From Phycisphaerales bacterium (GTDB lineage Bacteria; Planctomycetota; Phycisphaerae; UBA1845; Fen-1342): a stretch of 64,000 bases of DNA. The stretch's first letter is position 1; each line of letters opens with the position of its first letter. The notes under the pieces were generated by a model. That model saw only the letters and a list, made by a program, of their open reading frames with translations. It ran no database searches and was not told where the DNA came from. Both the position numbers and the translations under genes were made by a program. The DNA lies in contig JAGQOO010000001.1 of the NCBI GenBank assembly GCA_020427345.1, positions 8,922 through 72,921 of the forward strand. Direction: 5' to 3'. This document shows, piece after piece, positions 61,892 to 64,000 of this stretch.

Positions 61892-63399
61892 ACGATTCGG
61901 AAGTGATCCACGAGCACGCAGCGCCGCTCGCGCGAGAACGCGCGCGGGCCGGTGAGGCCCTCGCCGGTCGGACTGGCGATGGAGAACGATGTATGGCCCT
62001 CGCCGCCTTCGCCCAAACCGGCGAAACACGGCCCGTTCTTGACGAATATGCTGCAGTTAATCACGCGGGCCATGCGGCTGAGTTTCTCGATGTTGCGCGA
62101 GAACATCGAAGCCGTGTGGCCGCGCCCGCCTTCCGCCTGAACAGCCAGATCGATCGCCTCGTCACAGTTCGCGACGCGAACGACCGGCATGACCGGCATG
62201 AGCTGTTCGGTCCAGACCAGCGGGTGATCTTGCTCGACATCCATTACGGCGAGGCGCACATCGTCTCCGACGTTCATTCCGATCTTCGCGAGTATGACAG
62301 ACGCGTTTCTGCCGATCAGATCGCGATCGACGATGCTCTGCAGCGGCGCGGCGCGGCGCTCTTTGAAAATCACGGCTTCCAACTGACGTGTCTGCTGGGC
62401 ATTCAGCACCACCGCGCCGTTTCGCTTCATCACTTCGAGCAACTTGTCCGCCACGCTGCGAACGACAAAGACCTCTTTCTCGTCCGTGCATATGACGTTG
62501 TTGTCGAACGACGCGCCGCGCACGATGTCGCGGCCGGCGAGTTCGATATCGGCGGTTTCATCGACCACGACCGGCGGATTGCCCGGGCCGGCGCAGATCG
62601 CGCGTTTGCCGCTTCCCATCGCCGCCTGAACGACGCCCGGACCGCCGGTAACGACGAGGAGGCGGATACCGGGATGCTTCATCAGCGCCTGTGCGGATTC
62701 GATGGTCGGCTCGGCAACGCATGTGATCAGGTTCGGCGGTCCGCCGACGGACGCGATTGCTTGGTTGATCAGCGCGACGTTGTAGATCGAGACGGCCTTC
62801 GCGCTCGGATGCGGATTGAAGACGACCGTGTTACCGGCGGCCAGCATTCCGATCGAGTTGCAGATGATCGTCGATGTCGGGTTTGTTGACGGCGTAATCG
62901 CTGCAATAACGCCGAACGGCGCCCGCTCCATCAGCGTCAACCCGCGATCACCCGTCGACGCGATCGGCGTCAGGTCTTCGGTACCCGGTGTTTTGCTGGA
63001 GACGAGCCGGTTCTTGACGAGCTTGTCCTGCCAACGGCCCAGGCCGGTCTCCGCATGGGCGCGCTTCGCCAAATCCTCGGCGTGTTCGAGCATGCTCGCG
63101 CGGATCGCGGCGATCAGCTTCGCGCGACTCGCCAGCGGGGTTTTGCCGAAGGCGACGAACGCCTCGCGAGCGGCGGCGACGGCGGCATCGACCGTCGGAA
63201 ACGCGCCCGGAGAGCCAATGGGCGGCACAGCATTGGCGGGTGGGGCAGGCATCTTGCCTGCCGACGCCGCTGAGGCGCTTTGCGCACTGGCACGCGGCGA
63301 TACGGATTCGCCACACGCGCGCGGCGGTGCGATTGGCGCGCCCATCTGCTGCGCAACCATTCGCGCGATCTGCTCAACTTGCGCGTCGCTCAGCGCCAT
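61888..63399 (-). CDS. CoA-acylating aldehyde dehydrogenase (PduP/EutE-like) with N-terminal encapsulation peptide
   Basis: N-terminal amphipathic ALSDAQVEQIARMVAQQM plus an A/P/S-rich linker. ALDH core with catalytic-Cys region FDNNVICTDEKE. Confidence 0.88.
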   Translation of the reverse strand: MALSDAQVEQIARMVAQQMGAPIAPPRACGESVSPRASAQSASAASAGKMPAPPANAVPPIGSPGAFPTVDAAVAAAREAFVAFGKTPLASRAKLIAAIRASMLEHAEDLAKRAHAETGLGRWQDKLVKNRLVSSKTPGTEDLTPIASTGDRGLTLMERAPFGVIAAITPSTNPTSTIICNSIGMLAAGNTVVFNPHPSAKAVSIYNVALINQAIASVGGPPNLITCVAEPTIESAQALMKHPGIRLLVVTGGPGVVQAAMGSGKRAICAGPGNPPVVVDETADIELAGRDIVRGASFDNNVICTDEKEVFVVRSVADKLLEVMKRNGAVVLNAQQTRQLEAVIFKERRAAPLQSIVDRDLIGRNASVILAKIGMNVGDDVRLAVMDVEQDHPLVWTEQLMPVMPVVRVANCDEAIDLAVQAEGGRGHTASMFSRNIEKLSRMARVINCSIFVKNGPCFAGLGEGGEGHTSFSIASPTGEGLTGPRAFSRERRCVLVDHFRIV

Positions 63400-63402
63400 G
63401 CG

Positions 63403-63702
63403 TTACGCCTCGTCGCCTTTGCGGTAGCGCGTCTCGCCACCGATCTCGACTTCGTCGACAATCGCCATGATGACCGCGTCGCATGGCCGATTGTTGGTGG
63501 CCTCGGTCTGCCGCGCTGAGCTGCCCGTCGCGAACAGCACCCATTCGCCCGGCCCGCAGCCGACACTGTCCACGGCGACGACGGCGGCGCCCGTCGGTTC
63601 GCCGTTCATGTCGACCGGCTGCGCGAGCATGAACCTCAGACCGGTCATGCTGTCGGTCTTGCGGGTCGAGACGACCGTGCCGATTACCTTCGCCAGGATC
63701 AA
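63403..63702 (-). CDS. BMC-P (EutN/CcmL-family) vertex protein, copy 1
   Basis: [30 protein letters not shown]...[13 protein letters not shown]...DAVIMAIVD. Confidence 0.85.
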   Translation of the reverse strand: MILAKVIGTVVSTRKTDSMTGLRFMLAQPVDMNGEPTGAAVVAVDSVGCGPGEWVLFATGSSARQTEATNNRPCDAVIMAIVDEVEIGGETRYRKGDEA

Positions 63703-63761
63703 GGCGCGGCCTCCATGAGCTGGAGATCCGTTTTATGCCTGTTGCGGTTCATGCGCGCGCT

Positions 63762-64000
63762 CTACTTCTTTTTCGCCTGCTCCTGACGTCCGAGCGGCAA
63801 CACGACGTCGATGTTCGTGTGCGGCCGCGCGATGACGTGCACGGAGACGATTTCGCCGACGCGCGCGGCGGCCGTCTGGCCGGCGTCGCACGCGGCCTTT
63901 ACCGCCGCCACGTCGCCGCGAATCACGGCGGTAACGTAGCCGCCGCCGATGCGCTCGTACGAAACGAGTTCCACTTTCGCGGCCTTCACCATGGCGTCCG
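63762..64000 (-). CDS. BMC-H hexamer shell protein (PduA/EutM-like), 5' end beyond the window
   Basis: The reading frame is open to nt 64000 (...[40 protein letters not shown]...[10 protein letters not shown]). The canonical BMC domain lacks its first ~25 aa here. Confidence 0.88.
   Translation of the reverse strand, partial: DAMVKAAKVELVSYERIGGGYVTAVIRGDVAAVKAACDAGQTAAARVGEIVSVHVIARPHTNIDVVLPLGRQEQAKKK

Noticed and set aside
13133-64000. tRNA, rRNA, tmRNA or riboswitch candidates in the larger intergenic regions (13133-13305, 43213-43824, 47326-47589, 55858-56128, 58757-58967)
   Set aside because: I could not fold a cloverleaf or find conserved RNA-gene boxes by eye. The structures present are explained as terminators or REP-like hairpins. 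A covariance-model scan (Infernal/Rfam, tRNAscan-SE) would be decisive.

Overview
This is a GC-rich bacterial chromosomal segment: about 70% GC on a hand-counted typical line, with two islets at about 37-45%. All calls rest on motifs read from the translations, because no homology search was possible. The gene content (PVM-type microcompartment genes, PEP-CTERM and dockerin-like tags, giant low-complexity surface proteins) suggests a Planctomycetota/Phycisphaerae-like origin, which is inference only.

Layout:
- 1-2040: 3' part of a P-type ATPase.
- 2063-6474 (-): a tightly coupled five-gene ebo-like cluster (DHQS-like, small ORF, TatD-like, TIM-barrel, UbiA-like).
- 6.6-13.1 kb (+): two lipoproteins, an RluA-type pseudouridine synthase, a PEP-CTERM protein, LarC and a membrane/HTH protein.
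- 13.1-14.2 kb: a low-GC islet with a small ORF and a retropepsin-like protease.
- 15.1-39.0 kb (-): a long type II secretion / type IV pilus-like operon. Its order is GspF, GspG, three minor pseudopilins, GspK, a PilM-PilN fusion, a PilO-PilP fusion, a 4,552-aa secretin, a lipoprotein and an MreD-like protein.
- 39-58.8 kb: a divergent DEAD-box protein, a GH31 enzyme, a 1,166-aa mosaic surface protein, small DUF-type genes, an ArsR / [low-GC insert] / SRPBCC group, an MFS transporter, a Rieske-flavoprotein fusion and a metzincin protease.
- 58968-60647 (-): the only secretion ATPase (GspE/PilB-like).
- 60763-64000 (-): the edge of a bacterial microcompartment locus (three BMC-P, one BMC-T, an acylating aldehyde dehydrogenase and one BMC-H cut by the window edge).

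The standout is the secretin. It carries about 40 tandem N-domain modules, against the handful seen in characterised secretins. It sits in an operon whose pseudopilins all have Ala instead of Gly at the -1 processing position. A REP-like palindrome family, including a 28-bp tandem array, is also present. No rRNA, tRNA, CRISPR array, transposase or integrase was recognised.
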